Source: Kudoa neothunni (taxonomy: Eukaryota; Animalia; Cnidaria). From it: a stretch of DNA of 64,000 bases. The DNA lies in NCBI GenBank assembly GCA_964304625.1, contig OZ199838.1, forward strand, positions 7,737,466 through 7,801,465, given 5' to 3'. Below, piece by piece: positions 62,312 through 64,000 of this stretch; the first letter of the stretch is position 1; each line of letters starts with the position of its first letter. Under the pieces are notes generated by a model. It had not been told where the DNA came from, did not search any database, and saw only the letters and a list, made by a program, of their open reading frames with translations. The position numbers and the translations under genes are program-made.

Positions 62312-63399
62312 TTTTTTCTTTTTGCTAGAACTACTTATGTTGATACGACCGAAAAATTACTGGAATCACGATAAAAAAACTCAATATTCATAATTTATTT
62401 TTTAAATTATCAATTTTATCAAATTTTCTTCAGTGTTCCCCAATACCTAACAATTAACGATTTTCCCTGTAACGAGCCATATAAATGGTGCATGTAATAT
62501 TGATAAAAAAAGTTATTTTAACTAGTATATTAATGAATTAATATCTATTCTGTTATCGATAAAGAAGATACTTTCTGTAATCACAAGCAAAGATTTGAAA
62601 CTCTTGAGAGTCTTGAAAAACAATTTTCTGAATGCTAAACTAATTATATGTAAATTTCACGTTTCGCAAATTTTTGAGTGGTAGATATTGCTTTAAATAT
62701 ATAATATCACTTGTGAATTAAAATATTTGATGCTAGAAATTCTTCAAAAAATAATCTTCGGTAGAAATTAAGATGATTATCAGAAAATGTGCACTGAGCT
62801 TAAAAGCTAAGCGTTGATGATTTTAATTTGTAGTTTAAAAAGAATTGGTATCCAATTAGATCACAGTGGATTAATTTATCAGACGAAATAAAATCAACAA
62901 AATCTACTGGAATTCTATGGTTTAGTTTCAGTGTGTCTTCCTACATTTTTTGCTGATTTTACTCTTTCTAAAAAGCTTAAAGCAGTATGAAGACTACGGG
63001 GTTTTAGAATGACCGCAATCGGGAAGAAAAGAAAAAAAACTACGCAATTGAATTATAAAAAAGCTTATTCGTGTTTTGTCAATCATTCTTTTGTAATATT
63101 TTCTATTTATCATAAAATTCAAAGATACTCGAAATTCAATCAATGATTATATGATCCCTATTTATGACTTACGAATTTGATGTTGTGTTTAAGATATTTA
63201 TTTATTATTTTTTCAACTTTTAAGAAAATAATTTTATCATGAAACATTTATTAATAACTAAGTAACTATCACAACATGTGTGAAAAATACGCGGTTATAT
63301 GCTACAAATGCCAAAAATTAGGTGACTGAATTTTTATAGTAAAAAAAGTTCTCAATAAAAATACGTAAACAGAAATATATAATATTGTGTGGTTATGGA

Positions 63400-64000
63400 G
63401 TAATTCGTTTTCGTGGCAATAGACAGCCCCGACACGGGATTATACGCTAGCGTGGTAATAACCACTGCCTTTTTATTTTTTCCCATTTCACCCCCAATCG
63501 AAAACAAAAAAGCAGTGTCTGTTTTGCCGGATGCGCTTTTTCTCTTAAAATAATAATTCAATCGTTACAATTTTTCCCAAAAAATATCAAATTCAGAATT
63601 TAGGTTTAGTTTCATTAATTCACGAGTGAATCGTAACAGCTAAATTGTATCCATAATATCCAAATGAAAACAGTAAAGTGTAACTATTTGGCCAATTCGT
63701 ATTTTAAATTGTTATAATTAGGTAAATATTTTTAACAGATGATTGATACATCACTAAAAGTTAACAAAATGTTGAGTATACTACTTTTAAATAATAAATG
63801 TTTGAAATTATCTTGTAATGCAACGCCAAATAATTGGGACTGTTTAACTTCCACATAAAATTATATTTGAATATTTATATTTATATCGATATTGGTGTTG
63901 TTATTATTATTACTATCATCATTATCATAGTTTTCTTTTTTTTCTCAAACCTATAACTCTTTGTAATACATCTTTTGGTCTACCTCTCAATTTCACTACT
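63400..64000. mobile_element. two back-to-back MULE-type termini (one ending at 63469, one starting at 63511 and probably leaving the window)
   Basis: The reverse complement at 63469 reads GGCAGTGGTTATT. 63511-63590 matches the reverse complement of 8281-8357 over ~75 bp. Confidence 0.6.

Larger units (their letters stand above)
58800..62880 (+). mobile_element. older MULE remnant split by a younger MULE
   Basis: IFVEDEMKVF|insertion|ARTTYVDTT, VITSKD, NAKLIICKFHVSQIF and FKKNWYPIRSQW. Boundaries approximate. Confidence 0.6.

Noticed and set aside
2073-63561. Many short ORFs in the track (e.g. 2073-2432, 3791-4153, 9666-10252, 27382-27672, 39099-39431, 40179-40550, 63352-63561)
   Set aside because: They are antisense shadows of transposases or AT-rich chance frames crossing TE junctions, with no recognisable domain.
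1-64000. CRISPR array, TnpB/Fanzor or other RNA-guided nuclease linked to the IS630/Tc1 or Helitron-like elements
   Set aside because: No regularly spaced direct repeats. Both Tc1-like elements are filled by their transposase, and no RuvC plus zinc-finger ORF was recognised.

Overview
AT-rich eukaryotic (animal) genomic DNA, not prokaryotic. Three intact, intron-containing host genes can be reconstructed by hand: a TENT4/PAPD5-Trf4 non-canonical poly(A) polymerase (15763-17209, -), the splicing factor RBM25 (29500-32399, -) and the bZIP regulator CREBRF/REPTOR (51901-53495, +). Most of their introns are only about 39-70 bp. The tiny introns, divergent and shortened proteins and low GC suggest a reduced parasitic metazoan such as a myxozoan or orthonectid (inference only). 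Most of the remaining sequence is a deeply nested set of decayed DNA transposons, many with readable TIRs and TSDs: piggyBac, pogo/Tigger, IS630/Tc1, hAT (Hermes-like and Buster/Charlie-like, plus MITEs), Mutator/MULE and Merlin (ISXO2). There are also Helitron-like termini, a tRNA-derived SINE and a Gypsy gag remnant. Every transposase read in full is disrupted. The most notable observations are: (i) two inverted piggyBac copies that are near-identical in the 5' half and switch abruptly to different subfamilies mid-transposase; (ii) a Merlin transposase sitting behind a Helitron-type head-to-tail CTAG|TC junction instead of its own TIR; (iii) a MULE lineage with a shared GGCAGTG(T/G)CTAT terminus, one member carrying a PHD-finger remnant; (iv) an intron present in one Tigger transposase but not in its relative; (v) a tRNA-headed SINE with a structured tail. 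No CRISPR array, Fanzor/TnpB, rRNA or functional tRNA was recognised. All alignments were done by eye.
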